From NCBI RefSeq assembly GCF_045037415.1, contig NZ_CP173438.1: DNA of 64,000 nucleotides. The stretch is one strand, 5' to 3'. Both the position numbers and the translations under genes were made by a program. This document shows positions 30,300 through 43,447 of this stretch, piece after piece (the stretch's first letter is position 1; every line of letters begins with the position of its first letter). Origin of the DNA: Escherichia coli (GTDB lineage: Bacteria > Pseudomonadota > Gammaproteobacteria > Enterobacterales > Enterobacteriaceae). A model generated the notes under the pieces. It searched no databases, was not told where the DNA came from, and saw nothing but the letters and a program-made list of their open reading frames with translations.

Positions 30300-30325
30300 G
30301 CCGGATTTCATATCCGGCATTTTTT
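30300..30325. terminator. Terminator between convergent tsx and yajD
   Basis: GCCGGATTTCATATCCGGC hairpin followed by TTTTTT on the plus strand, between the two stop codons. Confidence 0.8.
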
Positions 30326-30326
30326 A

Positions 30327-30674
30327 TCACTTCTTCTTGTTCATCATCGCTTTCAAATCAGCGAATGGGTTGTACTTCGCTTCACCGACATCTTTCTGCG
30401 CATCTTCCCCTGCGATAACGGTCGTACCATACTGATCCGCTTCGGTGTATTTCGAATGCTCATGATCGTGGCAATAGAGACAAAGTAATTCCCAGTTACT
30501 GCCATCTTCCGGGTTATTAGTATGGTCGTGATCAATGTGGTGAACGGTAAGTTCACGCAGGTTGGAATAAACAAACTCGCGGGAACAGCGACCGCAGACC
30601 CACGGATAGATTTTTAATGCTTTTTCGCGATAGCCGCTTTCTAACCGCGCATAGTTTTTTGGGATGATAGCCAT
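30327..30674 (-). CDS. yajD: HNH endonuclease-family protein YajD (function unknown)
   Basis: ORF 30327..30743 trimmed to Met24 (115 aa); HNH-like motif HHIDHDHTNN..CLYCHDHEH. Confidence 0.8.
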   Translation of the reverse strand: MAIIPKNYARLESGYREKALKIYPWVCGRCSREFVYSNLRELTVHHIDHDHTNNPEDGSNWELLCLYCHDHEHSKYTEADQYGTTVIAGEDAQKDVGEAKYNPFADLKAMMNKKK

Positions 30675-30751
30675 GAAAAAGTTACCTGGATGAAATGTAG
30701 GGTTACGCGCAGTTTCCCAAGATGCGGGGATTTTCGCAATCACCTTACATC

Positions 30752-30780
30752 AAAAAAAATCCCGATCTTCTGACCGGGAT
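30752..30780 (-). terminator. Rho-independent terminator after secF (end of the yajC-secDF transcript)
   Basis: AAAUCCCGGUCAGAAGAUCGGGAUUUUUUUU on the minus transcript, ~25 nt past the secF stop. Confidence 0.8.
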
Positions 30781-30803
30781 TTTCAACATCAGCTGAAACT
30801 TGA

Positions 30804-31775
30804 TTAAGGCAGAATTGACGGCTGATCCGCCCCTTCTTTTTCCACTTTCTGCTGCAACATGTGTTCGCGCTTCATACCCAGTTTCAGAGCCAGCGCAGAT
30901 GCCACATAGATGGAAGATGCAGTACCGATGGAAACACCGATAAGCATGGTCAGCGAGAAGCCTTCCAGTACCGGACCACCGAAGAGGTACAGCATCAGGA
31001 TAACCATCAAGGTAGTACCGGATGTGATCAAGGTACGGTGCAGCGTCTGGGTCAAGGACACGTTAAAGATTTCGTAAGGCGTACCGCGACGGATCTTGCG
31101 GAAGTTTTCACGAATACGGTCCGATACCACGATACTGTCGTTAAGCGAGTAACCGATAACCGACATCAACGATGCCACAATGGTCAGGTCAATCTCGATA
31201 TGGAATAACGACAAAATACCCAGCGTAATGATAACGTCGTGCGCCAGCGCAATAACAACCCCTGCCGCCAGTCGCCACTCAAAGCGGAAACCAACGTACA
31301 CGAGGATAGACAGCAGCGCCGCCATCAACGCCATCGCACCGGTTTGCGCAAGGTCTGCCCCCACGCTCGGACCGACGAACTCAATACGCTTCACTGCCGC
31401 ATTCTGATTGGTGGATTCGTTAATCACCTTCAGAACCTGGCTGCCCAGCACCTGACCACCGGTTTCGCCTTCAGCAGGCGGCATACGGACCATGATGTCG
31501 TGGCTGCTACCAAAGTTTTGCAGCATCGGCTCTTCAAAACCGGCTTTTTGCAATGCATCACGCATTACGTCAATTTCAGCCGGTTTTTCGAGCGTAATTT
31601 CAATAACCGTACCACCGGTGAAATCCAGCCCCCAGTTAAAGCCGCGCACGCCCATAATAACGATAGCGGCGATTAACAGCAGACCAGAGATGCCGAAAGC
31701 CCAGTAGTCCCAGCGCATAAAGTCATAGACTTTACGGCCGTGGTTTAGTTGTTCAACAGTATATTCCTGTGCCAC
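30804..31775 (-). CDS. secF: Protein translocase subunit SecF
   Basis: ORF 30804..31820 trimmed to GTG at codon 16 (323 aa) (V/M)[27 protein letters not shown]; GAGGAG SD upstream. Confidence 0.9.
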
Positions 31776-31785
31776 ATCGCACTCC

Positions 31786-33633
31786 TCAGATTGACAGCTT
31801 CTTGACGCGCTTGCCGCCATATAGCAGGTTTACGATGGCACGCGTACCGACAATCGCGGTAAACATCGACGTCGCCACACCGATACCGGTAGTAATCGCG
31901 AACCCTTTAATTGCCCCGGTACCCACTGCGTACAGGATGATGACTTTAATCAGCGTGGTGATGTTCGCATCGAAGATGGAACTGAATGCGCCACGATAAC
32001 CTTCATCAATTGCCTGTTGAACAGTACGTCCGTTGCTCAACTCTTCTTTAATACGTTCGTTGATCAGTACGTTCGCATCGACCGCTACCGCAAGGGTTAA
32101 GACGATACCCGCGATACCTGGCATACTCAGCGTTGCGCCTGGCAACAGCGACATAATACCGACAATCAAGATCAAGTTGGCAATCAGAGCACTGGTCGCA
32201 ATCAGACCAAACTTCTTATAGAAGATGATCATGAACAGAATAGAAACCAGCAGACCGGCAAGGCAAGCCTCCAGCCCCTGCTCAATGTTCTGCATACCCA
32301 GGGTTGGGCCAATGGTACGTTCTTCAACAATCTGAATCGGCGCGATCAACGCACCGGCACGCAGCAGCAGTGAAAGCTGACGCGCTTCGCTTGGGTTATT
32401 GATGCCAGTAATACGGAAGCTGTTACCCAGACGAGACTGGATGTTGGCGATATTAATCACCTCTTCCTGTTTCACCAGAACCGCACGACCGTTTGCATCT
32501 TTCTTACCGCTGTCTTTGTACTCCACAAACAGGGTTGCCATCGGTTTGCCGATGTTGTCCTTGGTGAAGTTAGACATGATGTTACCACCCGCGCTATCGA
32601 GAGAGATGTTAACCTGCGGCTGGTTGTATTCGTCCTGGCTGGAAGTGGAGTCGGTGATATGGTCACCGGTCAGAATTACGCGTTTGTACAGCACAACCGG
32701 CTGACCTTCGCGGGTCTGTTTCACTTCAGAGTCGCCCGGTACGCGACCGGATGCCGCAGCGGCCTGATCAACGTTGGTGTTTACCAGACGGAATTCCAGC
32801 GTTGCCGTCGCACCCAGAATCTCTTTCGCACGCGCAGTGTCCTGAATACCTGGCAGTTCAACAACGATACGGTCAGCACCCTGACGCTGAACCACCGGCT
32901 CCGCCACGCCAAGTTGGTTTACACGGTTACGCAGGATATTGATGTTCTGCTGCACCGCATATTCACGCGCTTCACTCAGACGAGCATCGCTCATTACCGC
33001 ACGCAGCTGGTTGCTGCCCTGGCTGCTAATCACCAGGTCCGGATGGCGCTTGCTCAGATACGCAATGGCTTCATCACGAGCTTTAGCATCGCGGAAAGTG
33101 ATGCTCAGGCCGTAGTTGTTTTCTTTACGAACGGTGGTATACGGGATGCCCTTTTCACGCAGGTCGCTGCGCAGGCTATCGATATTTTGTTCCTGGAGTT
33201 TGCCAAGCGCGGTGTCCATATCCACTTCCATCAGGAAGTGAACGCCGCCACGCAGGTCAAGGCCGAGCTTCATCGGCTCAGCATGAATAGCTGCCAGCCA
33301 GCGCGGCGTTGCCGGGGCAAGATTAAGCGCCACGACGTATTTGTCACCCATAACGCCCATTAATGCTTCACGAGCGCGCAGCTGGGTGTCAGTGGAGTCG
33401 AAGCGCGCAAGAATAGCGCCCTCTTCCAGTGCCACAGACTTAGCAGTTATTTTTTCTTCTTGTAACGTTTTCTGGACCTGGATCAGCGTTTGCTCACTGG
33501 CGGCGACTCCGCGCGCACCAGTGATCTGAACAGCCGGATCCTCACCAAACAGGTTGGGAAGCGCATACAGCAGACCGATGACAATCACCACGATCAGCAT
33601 GACGTACTTCCACAAAGGATAACGGTTTAACAC
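31786..33633 (-). CDS. secD: Protein translocase subunit SecD
   Basis: 615 aa [30 protein letters not shown]; large periplasmic domain; recognised SecD. Confidence 0.95.
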   Translation of the reverse strand: MLNRYPLWKYVMLIVVIVIGLLYALPNLFGEDPAVQITGARGVAASEQTLIQVQKTLQEEKITAKSVALEEGAILARFDSTDTQLRAREALMGVMGDKYVVALNLAPATPRWLAAIHAEPMKLGLDLRGGVHFLMEVDMDTALGKLQEQNIDSLRSDLREKGIPYTTVRKENNYGLSITFRDAKARDEAIAYLSKRHPDLVISSQGSNQLRAVMSDARLSEAREYAVQQNINILRNRVNQLGVAEPVVQRQGADRIVVELPGIQDTARAKEILGATATLEFRLVNTNVDQAAAASGRVPGDSEVKQTREGQPVVLYKRVILTGDHITDSTSSQDEYNQPQVNISLDSAGGNIMSNFTKDNIGKPMATLFVEYKDSGKKDANGRAVLVKQEEVINIANIQSRLGNSFRITGINNPSEARQLSLLLRAGALIAPIQIVEERTIGPTLGMQNIEQGLEACLAGLLVSILFMIIFYKKFGLIATSALIANLILIVGIMSLLPGATLSMPGIAGIVLTLAVAVDANVLINERIKEELSNGRTVQQAIDEGYRGAFSSIFDANITTLIKVIILYAVGTGAIKGFAITTGIGVATSMFTAIVGTRAIVNLLYGGKRVKKLSI

Positions 33634-33660
33634 GGCAATTCCCTTAGGGAAAAATTTTAA

Positions 33661-33993
33661 TTACAGCGCCTTCATGGTGCCTTTCGGCAGAACGGCAGCT
33701 ACGAAGTCACGTTTAATAACTACTTCAGTGGTGTCATTCAGTGCGATAGCAATGTAGCCGTTTTCCGCTACTTTGGTTACGCGACCGACCAGGCCACCGT
33801 TCGTCAGCACTTCATCACCTTTAGCGATGGAGTCCATCAGCTTTTTGTGTTCTTTGGTGCGCTTCTGCTGTGGACGCAGGATCATGAAATAGAAAATCAG
33901 ACCGAATACCACCAGCATCAAAATCAAAGACATCGGGCTACCTTGCGCCGGTGCACCCGTTGCCGCTACCGCATCAGAAATAAAAAAGCTCAT
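33661..33993 (-). CDS. yajC: Sec translocon accessory subunit YajC
   Basis: ORF 33661..34023 trimmed to Met11 (110 aa) MSFFISDAVAATGAPAQGSPMSLILMLVVFG. Confidence 0.9.
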   Translation of the reverse strand: MSFFISDAVAATGAPAQGSPMSLILMLVVFGLIFYFMILRPQQKRTKEHKKLMDSIAKGDEVLTNGGLVGRVTKVAENGYIAIALNDTTEVVIKRDFVAAVLPKGTMKAL

Positions 33994-34015
33994 TAAATTT
34001 CCCTCATTATTAATA

Positions 34016-35158
<1,143 letters not shown>

Positions 35159-35197
35159 TCAGAAAAACAGTCCAACGTTTAAACCAGCGCCGCGGAA

Positions 35198-36268
35198 TTA
35201 CTCCCCAACGCGCTCATTAATTGCCTGCGGATTGTACGTGATAAACATCGCATCACCGTAACTAAAAAAGCGATATTTCTCTTCTACCGCCGCTTTATAG
35301 GCATTCATGGTGTGTTGATAACCAGCAAATGCCGAAACCAGCATAATCAGCGTCGATTCCGGAAGGTGGAAGTTCGTCACCAGCGCATCGACCACTTTGT
35401 ACTGGAAGCCCGGATAGATAAAGATTTGGGTATCGTCAAAGAACGGTTCAATGAGATCGTTTTTCGCTGCCTGAGCCGCACTTTCCAGCGAACGTACTGA
35501 GGTGGTGCCAACCGCAATCACCCGGTTACCGCGCGCTTTCGCCGCCAGTACCGCGTCTACCACATCCTGCGGCACTTCAGCGTATTCCGAGTGCATGATG
35601 TGATCTTCAATGGTGTCGACGCGCACCGGCTGGAAGGTGCCCGCACCAACGTGCAACGTCACAAACGCCATCTCCACGCCTTTGGCGCGTAATTTTTCCA
35701 GCAAAGGTTCGTCAAAGTGCAGTCCGGCGGTCGGTGCTGCTACCGCGCCGGGTTTTTCGCTATAAACCGTTTGATAAAGTTCGCGGTCTGCATCTTCGTC
35801 CGGACGGTCGATGTACGGCGGCAGCGGCATATGGCCGATGCTGTTGAGAATATCCAGCACCGAACGTTGATCATTAAATTCGACTTCAAACAGTGCGCCG
35901 TGGCGCGCGGTCATTGTTGCGTTAATACTTTCGTCATCGCCCAGCAGCAGTTCTGCGCCAGGTTTTGGCGCTTTCGAGGCGCGAATATGCGCAAGAATGC
36001 GTTTGTCGTCGAGCATCCGCTCAACCAGCACTTCAATCTTGCCGCCGCTGGCTTTACGCCCAAACAGACGCGCCGGGATCACGCGGGTATTATTAAAAAC
36101 CAGAAGATCGCCGGGGTTGAGCTTATCGAGTAAATCGGTGAAAGTACCGTGCGTCAGCGCGCCCGTCGGCCCGTCCAGCGACAGTAAACGACAGCTACTG
36201 CGTTCAGGCATGGGATAGTGGGCAATCAGGGATTCGGGCAATTCAAAAGAGAAATCGGTAACGCGCAT
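35198..36268 (-). CDS. queA: S-adenosylmethionine:tRNA ribosyltransferase-isomerase QueA
   Basis: 356 aa [29 protein letters not shown]; recognised QueA. Confidence 0.95.
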   Translation of the reverse strand: MRVTDFSFELPESLIAHYPMPERSSCRLLSLDGPTGALTHGTFTDLLDKLNPGDLLVFNNTRVIPARLFGRKASGGKIEVLVERMLDDKRILAHIRASKAPKPGAELLLGDDESINATMTARHGALFEVEFNDQRSVLDILNSIGHMPLPPYIDRPDEDADRELYQTVYSEKPGAVAAPTAGLHFDEPLLEKLRAKGVEMAFVTLHVGAGTFQPVRVDTIEDHIMHSEYAEVPQDVVDAVLAAKARGNRVIAVGTTSVRSLESAAQAAKNDLIEPFFDDTQIFIYPGFQYKVVDALVTNFHLPESTLIMLVSAFAGYQHTMNAYKAAVEEKYRFFSYGDAMFITYNPQAINERVGE

Positions 36269-36360
36269 GACACTGACTCAGACTAAAATAAGAGGCGGGT
36301 AGTCTAGTGCCGGGGCGCTCTCCCTGCAACCTTTACCCCCCTTTGGATAGAATATAATCG

Positions 36361-36942
36361 ATGAATTTTTTAGCTCACCTGCATTTAGCCCATCTCGCGG
36401 AAAGCTCGCTTTCCGGCAATTTACTGGCTGATTTCGTACGCGGAAATCCTGAAGAAAGTTTTCCGCCCGACGTCGTGGCTGGCATTCATATGCATCGGCG
36501 AATCGACGTATTAACCGACAATCTGCCAGAAGTCCGCGAAGCGCGGGAGTGGTTTCGTAATGAAACGCGCCGTGTCGCGCCTATTACGCTGGATGTGATG
36601 TGGGATCACTTTCTGTCCCGCCACTGGTCGCAGCTGTCGCCCGATTTTCCGCTACAGGAATTTACCTGTTATGCCCGGGAGCAAGTGATGACTATTCTTC
36701 CAGACTCACCGCCACGCTTTATCAATCTGAACAACTACTTATGGTCAGAGCAGTGGTTGGTGCGCTATCGCGATATGGATTTCATCCAGAGCGTGTTAAA
36801 CGGCATGGCAAGCCGTCGCCCACGTCTGGATGCCCTGCGTGACTCCTGGTACGATTTAGACGCCCATTACGATGCTCTCGAAACCCGCTTCTGGCAGTTT
36901 TATCCGCGGATGATGGAGCAGGCGTCACGCAAGGCGTTATAA
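36361..36942 (+). CDS. acpH: Acyl carrier protein phosphodiesterase
   Basis: 193 aa [28 protein letters not shown]; recognised AcpH (yajB). Confidence 0.9.
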   Translation: MNFLAHLHLAHLAESSLSGNLLADFVRGNPEESFPPDVVAGIHMHRRIDVLTDNLPEVREAREWFRNETRRVAPITLDVMWDHFLSRHWSQLSPDFPLQEFTCYAREQVMTILPDSPPRFINLNNYLWSEQWLVRYRDMDFIQSVLNGMASRRPRLDALRDSWYDLDAHYDALETRFWQFYPRMMEQASRKAL

Positions 36943-36946
36943 GACG

Positions 36947-38761
36947 TTAATTCATCCACACCGTAGCCGAAATGGCAGGCAAAGCCAGAATCCCGTCCGT
37001 CAGTTGCCCGTGACCTTCTTTGCGTTGCCATTGCGCGACATTAAGCAACGGCGACGCGGGTAGCACCACTTCACAGGCTTCGCCACGGTTGATTGCCACC
37101 AGTACACGCTGCTGATTCAGCACGCGGACAAATACCACCACGTTATCTTCCGCATACAGCACCTGACAGCCGCCACGACGCAACGCCTGACTTTTCTTAC
37201 GCAGCGCAATCATTCGCTGGTACAGCGCGAATAACGCCGAATCCTGCTTTTCCACCTGCCAGGGGAACGGCTTACGGCAAAACGGATCGTTTTTGCCATC
37301 CAGTCCCACTTCATCACCGTAATAAATGCACGGTACACCAGGCCAGGTGAACAGCCAGACCACCGCCAGGGGCAGGCGCGCAACATCCCGACCGAGCAGC
37401 GTTTTAAATCGCGCAGTATCGTGGCTGTCGAGCTGATTAAACATACGTAATTGTTGTTGATGAGAAAGCCCTGCGCGGTAATTATCCATCCAGGCCATAC
37501 AGGTTTGGGCGTCAATTTGCTGCGGATCGTAAGAGATATCGGTGTTGGCAAGAAATCCCCACAACGGGAATGTGAAGCCGCGATAGTTCATGGCGGCATC
37601 TTCCACATCGGCCTGTAACCATTGCCGTGCATCGCCAAAATGTTCGCCGACAATATACGCATCCGGCTGGGTTTCTTTCGCCGCTTCGGTGATCCCGGCA
37701 ACGTGCTGCAAATTATTGCGCGCCCCACCCGCTTCCCCCAGCATATGCACCACATCCAGCCGCCAGCCATCCATATTCCACGGCGCTTTCAGCCAGTGGC
37801 GGACAATACTGTCTTCCCCGCGATAAATTTCATTCACCAGACTTTCCGACTGATAATCCAGCTTCGGCAAGCTGGCATAGCCCAGCCAGTCGAGCGCCGT
37901 GCCATCATCACTAAACGAGTACCAGTCACGCCAGGGTGATTCGGGGTTGTGACAAGCTCCCCCCGTGCCACGATTGTGCCTGTCAAACCAGGCATGGGAA
38001 TCGCCACTGTGGTTAAACACGCCGTCCAGCACCAGTCGTATTCCCAGCTGCTGCGTATTGTGTCGCAAACGCAGCAACGCCCCATCACCGCCAAACTGCG
38101 GATCGACATGGCGATAATCCTCGGTATCGTATTTATGCACGCTGGGAGCTTTAAACACCGGATTGAGATACAGCGCCGTCACGCCAAGTTTTTTCAGATA
38201 CGGCAGTTTTTCACTTATCCCGTCCAGATCGCCGCCATAGAACGTTGATCCGCCAGCCTGCGCCGTGACCGGTTCATCCCAGTCACGCAATATGATCTCT
38301 TGTCCGGCTGCGTGATGGTAATAGACATGATCCTGTTCAGCTTCACGAGGAAGATTACGGGCGAAACGATCAGGGAAGATCTGATAAAAAATCTGATCCG
38401 CAGCCCATTGTGGGCCGATATCCGGTACATCGATGGCAAACTGCTCCTGTCGTGCCGGCGGCATTCGGCTGAAGCCTTGCGGTGTAAACCAACGCTGGCG
38501 ATCGTGCCACAGCAATTTGAAACTATAACGCCGCCGAGGTTGTCCGCAGGAGAGCTCGATCGCCGCCCGCCATGCGGTGACGCCAGGCTGCGGCTGACTG
38601 CGCTGCTTATGCATCGGTACTGACATTTCTTCGTTATCGTGTTCTGTACGCAGCATAATGCGCTGCGGTGGGTCTTCGCCCGTCAGCCACAGTGTAATGA
38701 GCAGTTGATCTTTGCTTTGTTTAACAAATGGGGGCACCGGCAGATGCCATGCATTTAACAT
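36947..38761 (-). CDS. malZ: Maltodextrin glucosidase
   Basis: GH13 alpha-amylase family sequence (..[11 protein letters not shown].., ..GWRLDVVHM..); tandem ATG-ATG start, so 38764 is the alternative start; I took the second (604 aa). Confidence 0.9.
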   Translation of the reverse strand: MLNAWHLPVPPFVKQSKDQLLITLWLTGEDPPQRIMLRTEHDNEEMSVPMHKQRSQPQPGVTAWRAAIELSCGQPRRRYSFKLLWHDRQRWFTPQGFSRMPPARQEQFAIDVPDIGPQWAADQIFYQIFPDRFARNLPREAEQDHVYYHHAAGQEIILRDWDEPVTAQAGGSTFYGGDLDGISEKLPYLKKLGVTALYLNPVFKAPSVHKYDTEDYRHVDPQFGGDGALLRLRHNTQQLGIRLVLDGVFNHSGDSHAWFDRHNRGTGGACHNPESPWRDWYSFSDDGTALDWLGYASLPKLDYQSESLVNEIYRGEDSIVRHWLKAPWNMDGWRLDVVHMLGEAGGARNNLQHVAGITEAAKETQPDAYIVGEHFGDARQWLQADVEDAAMNYRGFTFPLWGFLANTDISYDPQQIDAQTCMAWMDNYRAGLSHQQQLRMFNQLDSHDTARFKTLLGRDVARLPLAVVWLFTWPGVPCIYYGDEVGLDGKNDPFCRKPFPWQVEKQDSALFALYQRMIALRKKSQALRRGGCQVLYAEDNVVVFVRVLNQQRVLVAINRGEACEVVLPASPLLNVAQWQRKEGHGQLTDGILALPAISATVWMN

Positions 38762-38839
38762 CATAATTCCCCTGTGATGAAAATCTGATCACCTTGCCAT
38801 AGCCTAATGCAGGATCACTCATCATCTGAAGGATATTTG

Positions 38840-38849
38840 GGGGAGGAGG
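38840..38849 (+). promoter_or_regulatory. MalT-box-like motif GGGGAGGAGG upstream of malZ
   Basis: Exact match to the MalT box consensus GGGGA(T/G)GAGG as I recall it, ~80 bp upstream of the malZ start; malZ is a known MalT-activated gene. Confidence 0.4.
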
Positions 38850-38874
38850 ACGGGGGCGGATAACTTTCGGAATA

Positions 38875-38903
38875 GCCGGATCAGGATTTCCTCCTGAACC
38901 GGC
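38875..38903 (-). terminator. Terminator-like hairpin downstream of proY
   Basis: GCCGGATCAGGA / TCCTGAACCGGC near-perfect 12-bp inverted repeat, 17 nt past the proY stop; weak U-tract. Confidence 0.4.
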
Positions 38904-38919
38904 TTACAGAACGCAAGGA

Positions 38920-40293
38920 TTACTGGTTTTCAGCCAGCTGACGATCGTGGCGGCGCTTAAACATCCAGCCAATCAACAGCACAACAATCCACGCGAAACC
39001 AACATACAGCGAGATACGCGTATCAGGGTGATAACCAATCAACCCGATAATAAAGAGCAGGAAAATCAAACCGCCGATGGTCGTTGCTACCCCACCCGGC
39101 ACTTTAAATTTCAGCGCCTTAACTTCTTCTGGCGGCAAACGGCGACGGAAGGCGATTTGCGACAGCAGGATCATAATCCACACCCACACCGTGGCGAAGG
39201 TTGCCAGCGAAGCGATCACCAGGAAGACGTTTTCCGGCATGATGTAGTTCAGATACACCGCAAACAGCAGCGCGGTAGTCATCACCAGCACCGTAACCCA
39301 CGGAATACCGCGACGCGAGGTTTTGCTGAAAATTTTTGGCGCGCTGCCCTGCTCTGCCATACCGTGGAGCATACGGCCTACACCAAATACGTCACTGTTA
39401 ATTGCCGACAGCGAAGCGGTCAGCACAACAAAGTTAAGAATGCTGGCGGCAAAGGTAATGCCCATATGCTGGAACGTCAGCACAAACGGGCTACCGGCAG
39501 TGCCAACCTGATTCCACGGGTAGATAGACATAATGACGAACAGCGTACCGACGTAGAACACCAGAATACGCATCGGCACGGAGTTAATCGCACGCGGAAT
39601 CGATTTCTCAGGATCTTTCGCTTCACCGGCGGTAATCCCGATAATTTCGATCCCACCGTAAGCAAACATCACCATTTGCAACGACATCACCATACCAAGC
39701 CAGCCGTTACTGAAGAAGCCGCCGTTGCTCCACAGGTTATGAATACCGGTCGGTTGCCCGCCGTTGCCAATCCCCCAGATGATGATGCCGAAACCGGCGA
39801 CAATCATGATGATGATAGTGGCGACTTTAAAGAACGAGAACCAGAACTCCAGCTCACCGAATACCTTCACGCTCATCAGGTTTACGGCGCAAATGATCAG
39901 CACCACACTCAGTACCCAAATCCAGTGCGGCACCGTCGGGAACCAGACACCCATATAGATACCAAAAGCGGTCACATCGGCGATGGCGACAATAAGGATT
40001 TCAAAGCAGTAGGTCCAGCCGGTAATGTAACCTGCCAGCGGGCCGAGGTTTTCCTGCGCATAACGCGAGAAAGAGCTGGCTGCCGGGTTATGTACCGACA
40101 TTTCCCCCAGCGCACGCATAATGATATACGCCGCGATACCACCGATAATATAGGCCAACAACACGCTTGGACCGGCCATTTTGATGGCATCTGCCGAACC
40201 GTAAAACAGCCCGGTGCCAATTGCTGAACCCAGTGCCATAAAGCGTATGTGTCGGGTACTTAGCCCACGCTTTAGCTTGTTCTTACTTTCCAT
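38920..40293 (-). CDS. proY: Proline-specific permease ProY (APC family)
   Basis: ORF 38920..40296 trimmed to first ATG (457 aa) [33 protein letters not shown]. Confidence 0.9.
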   Translation of the reverse strand: MESKNKLKRGLSTRHIRFMALGSAIGTGLFYGSADAIKMAGPSVLLAYIIGGIAAYIIMRALGEMSVHNPAASSFSRYAQENLGPLAGYITGWTYCFEILIVAIADVTAFGIYMGVWFPTVPHWIWVLSVVLIICAVNLMSVKVFGELEFWFSFFKVATIIIMIVAGFGIIIWGIGNGGQPTGIHNLWSNGGFFSNGWLGMVMSLQMVMFAYGGIEIIGITAGEAKDPEKSIPRAINSVPMRILVFYVGTLFVIMSIYPWNQVGTAGSPFVLTFQHMGITFAASILNFVVLTASLSAINSDVFGVGRMLHGMAEQGSAPKIFSKTSRRGIPWVTVLVMTTALLFAVYLNYIMPENVFLVIASLATFATVWVWIMILLSQIAFRRRLPPEEVKALKFKVPGGVATTIGGLIFLLFIIGLIGYHPDTRISLYVGFAWIVVLLIGWMFKRRHDRQLAENQ

Positions 40294-40313
40294 CAATTCC
40301 TAACCCATCAACA

Positions 40314-40349
40314 CAATAAAAAACCACGGGGCATCGCAGCCCCGTGGTT
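40314..40349 (-). terminator. Rho-independent terminator of brnQ
   Basis: AACCACGGGGC-UGCGAU-GCCCCGUGGUU followed by UUUUUAUUG on the minus transcript, 20 nt past the brnQ stop. Confidence 0.8.
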
Positions 40350-40368
40350 AAAACAAATGTTCAGTGAT

Positions 40369-41688
40369 TTAGTGAGCGCTGGAGGTCACCTGACGACCTG
40401 CCGCGCGATCCCAGATAATGGCCAGAACCACCATCACCACTGTTGGCATTAACCACGCCAGACCTTGTTCGGCCAGCGGTAAACGCTGCGCCCAGGACGG
40501 TAAGATATCGCTGAATGCAGATGCCTTGATCCCGTCGAGAATACCAAAAAGCAGGCTGATAAACATCGGCGGAGCAATCACGCGGGACGAATTATGCCAC
40601 CATGAGCGTGTAAAACTTAATACAACCAGTGCGATACACGGCGGATAAATGGCGGTCAGCACCGGTACAGAGATCTGAATCAGCTGGCTCAAGCCGAGGT
40701 TAGACACCACCATCGAGAAGCCGCCGAGGATAAACACCAGCGTACGATAAGAGAGCGGTACGTACTGGGCGAAGAATTCTGCACAAGCACAGGTCAGGCC
40801 AACCGCCGTGACCAGGCAGGCGATGAAGATTAACGCCGCCAGCAGGAAGCTACCGCCGCCGCCAAAGGTATGCTGAACGTAAGCATGCAGGATCGCCGCA
40901 CCGTTTGCAGACTGATCGACCAGCGACGCGCTGTCTGAACCCAGACGGAACAGCGCCAGGTACAGCAGAGTCAGACCAACACCCGCCATCAGGCCAGCCC
41001 AGACGGTATAACGGGTCAGCAGACGCGCTTCGGTAACGCCACGAGAACGCGCCGCGTTAACAATAACGATACCAAACACCATTGCGCCCAGCGTATCCAT
41101 GGTCAGATAGCCGTTGACGAAGCCGTTAGAAAACGCAGCGTTTTGATAAGCCTCAGTCGCCGTGCTGATAGAACCCGCCGGCCAGATAATTGCGGCAACA
41201 GACAGGATGACCAGCGCGATAATTTTCAGCGGCGCAAGGAAGTTGCCCACGGTATCCAGCAGCTTGCCCGGATAGAGCGAAACCAGAATAACGATAGCGA
41301 AATAGACCAGGCTGTAAATAAACAGCGGCAGCGCGGAATCACCCGTCAGCGGCGCAATGCCCACTTCAAAAGAAACGGTAGCTGTACGCGGCGTAGCGAA
41401 AAGCGGCCCCACCGCCAGGTAACAAACTGTTGCCAGCAGTACGCCAGCGACTTTACCAATTGGCGTGCTGAGACTGTCAACACCGCCGCCAACTTTTGCC
41501 AGCGCCACTACCGTTAATACCGGTAGGCCAACGGCAGTAATGAGGAAGCCGAATGCCGCAGTCCAGACGTGTTCGCCTGCCTGCAAGCCGACCATTGGAG
41601 GGAAAATAATGTTACCTGCGCCGACGAACAACGCAAATGTCATAAAGCCCAGAGCGATGATATCGCGCGATCTTAATTGATGGGTCAT
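40369..41688 (-). CDS. brnQ: Branched-chain amino acid transport system II carrier BrnQ
   Basis: 439 aa polytopic membrane protein [31 protein letters not shown]. Confidence 0.9.
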   Translation of the reverse strand: MTHQLRSRDIIALGFMTFALFVGAGNIIFPPMVGLQAGEHVWTAAFGFLITAVGLPVLTVVALAKVGGGVDSLSTPIGKVAGVLLATVCYLAVGPLFATPRTATVSFEVGIAPLTGDSALPLFIYSLVYFAIVILVSLYPGKLLDTVGNFLAPLKIIALVILSVAAIIWPAGSISTATEAYQNAAFSNGFVNGYLTMDTLGAMVFGIVIVNAARSRGVTEARLLTRYTVWAGLMAGVGLTLLYLALFRLGSDSASLVDQSANGAAILHAYVQHTFGGGGSFLLAALIFIACLVTAVGLTCACAEFFAQYVPLSYRTLVFILGGFSMVVSNLGLSQLIQISVPVLTAIYPPCIALVVLSFTRSWWHNSSRVIAPPMFISLLFGILDGIKASAFSDILPSWAQRLPLAEQGLAWLMPTVVMVVLAIIWDRAAGRQVTSSAH

Positions 41689-42039
41689 AAATCATACTGC
41701 CTGTGGATGTGGTGTTGTAACGTTAAATTTTTGTGCCAATCCCTGGGGATGATACAGCGGTATATTTAAACAATTTTAGCGGGAAATACTCCCAACCAGG
41801 CGCGGCGAAGAATAGTTTTTCGATTTACCGCGTAAATGCAGTCAGTATGACAGCACCTGAAGCGCAATTTAAACGCTTATAACGTTTTAAAGCAAGAAGG
41901 GATCTAAAAACCAGAGGTATATAGCGATAAGAAATCACCAACCAGTATAAAACACTATTTCAATGAAAAAGACATGGCTAATCATGCGAACAAAAAATCA
42001 CCAACCATTGTAAAATCTAACGCCCGTATTTCGACTGCA

Positions 42040-42068
42040 AAGAAAATAAGCCAGCATCGGCTGGCTTA
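42040..42068 (-). terminator. Terminator of phoBR
   Basis: AAGCCAGC-CGAU-GCUGGCUU hairpin followed by AUUUUCUUUG, ~30 nt past the phoR stop. Confidence 0.7.
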
Positions 42069-42094
42069 TGGCAATAAAAGATGACAAAGGCGAA

Positions 42095-43390
42095 TTAATC
42101 GCTGTTTTTGGCAATTAAACGTTCCGGGATAATAAAACTGAAACGTGTACCTTTTCCTACTGTACTCTCAATATTCAGGCGACTTTCGTGATGATTCACC
42201 GCATGTTTCACGATCGCTAACCCTAATCCGCTACCACCGGTTTGCCGGGAACGCGCTTTATCAACGCGATAAAAACGCTCGGTCAGGCGCGGAATATGCT
42301 CCGGTGCAATGCCCGGTCCGTTATCTTCAACACTAAATTCGGCACCGTGCGGCACTCGCTGCCAGCGTACGGTGATATGCGTGCCTTCCGGCGTATGATT
42401 CACGGCGTTATAGACCAGGTTCGAAATCGCACTACGTAGCTGATCTTCGTTGCCTGACACCTTGAGGCCGTTATCTATCTCAAAGGTAAATGTCTGTTTT
42501 TTCTGACTCAGAGTCTGAGCCTCGCGCTCAACGACGCGCAGCATCATCGGCACATCAACCTTTTCATTGAGCAAATGCGTCGGTGCGGCTTCTATTTTCG
42601 ACAGCGTCAGCAATTGCTTCACCAACCCTTCCATCCGCTGGGTCTGCTCACGCATGGTGTGCAACGCTTTTTCACGTACCGCGCCTTCCAGCGGTTGCTC
42701 ATCCATCATCTCCAGGTAACCCTGTAACACGGTCAATGGCGTACGTAACTCATGGCTCACGTTGGCAAAAAAGTTACGCCGCGCCCCTTCCAGTTGATGC
42801 ATTTGCGTGACATCTCGCGCCACCATCAGCAACTGTTTGTGGGTATAAGGCATGACGCGAATCTCCAGATGCCGCCCGGTATTGAGCACCAGATTGAGCG
42901 GGCGAGAGAAATCACGCGTTTTCAGATATTGCGTAAACTCCGGGTAACGCAGCAAGTTAAGGATGTTCTGCCCGTTATCTTCCGGCCAGCGCAAGCCAAG
43001 AATCTGTTGCGCCAGACCGTTGCACCAGAAAATACCGCCCTCTTCCGTGGTCAGCACCACCGCGTCGGGCAGCGACTCCGCGCCGCTACGAAAGCGTTTA
43101 ATCAGATTGCCCAGTTCACGGCGGCGTTTTTTATTTCGCAGCTGCATCTGGTGTAAGCCGTATAGTAGCGGTTCCCAGCTACCACGCCCCGGTGGCGGGG
43201 TCATACTACGATCCACCCACAGCCACCATGAAAGGCGCAATAAATTCCAGAAATGCCAGATAAGCAGTCCTGTTACCGATGCCAGCAAAAACCAGGGCAG
43301 GTAACCCAAAAATGCACCCAGGATGAAAGCCGGGAGGCAGCAAAATAGCAGCTCCAGCACCAGCCTTTTCCACGACAGCCGTTCCAGCAC
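42095..43390 (-). CDS. phoR: Phosphate regulon sensor histidine kinase PhoR
   Basis: 431 aa; H-box [14 protein letters not shown]; ATPase G-boxes [30 protein letters not shown]; ORF-track start is a non-ATG codon. Confidence 0.95.
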   Translation of the reverse strand: MLERLSWKRLVLELLFCCLPAFILGAFLGYLPWFLLASVTGLLIWHFWNLLRLSWWLWVDRSMTPPPGRGSWEPLLYGLHQMQLRNKKRRRELGNLIKRFRSGAESLPDAVVLTTEEGGIFWCNGLAQQILGLRWPEDNGQNILNLLRYPEFTQYLKTRDFSRPLNLVLNTGRHLEIRVMPYTHKQLLMVARDVTQMHQLEGARRNFFANVSHELRTPLTVLQGYLEMMDEQPLEGAVREKALHTMREQTQRMEGLVKQLLTLSKIEAAPTHLLNEKVDVPMMLRVVEREAQTLSQKKQTFTFEIDNGLKVSGNEDQLRSAISNLVYNAVNHTPEGTHITVRWQRVPHGAEFSVEDNGPGIAPEHIPRLTERFYRVDKARSRQTGGSGLGLAIVKHAVNHHESRLNIESTVGKGTRFSFIIPERLIAKNSD

Positions 43391-43447
43391 GTAAGATACT
43401 CCAGTTAAGAAATCATAAGCCCTGCTCTACGTCCGATGAGCAAGGCC

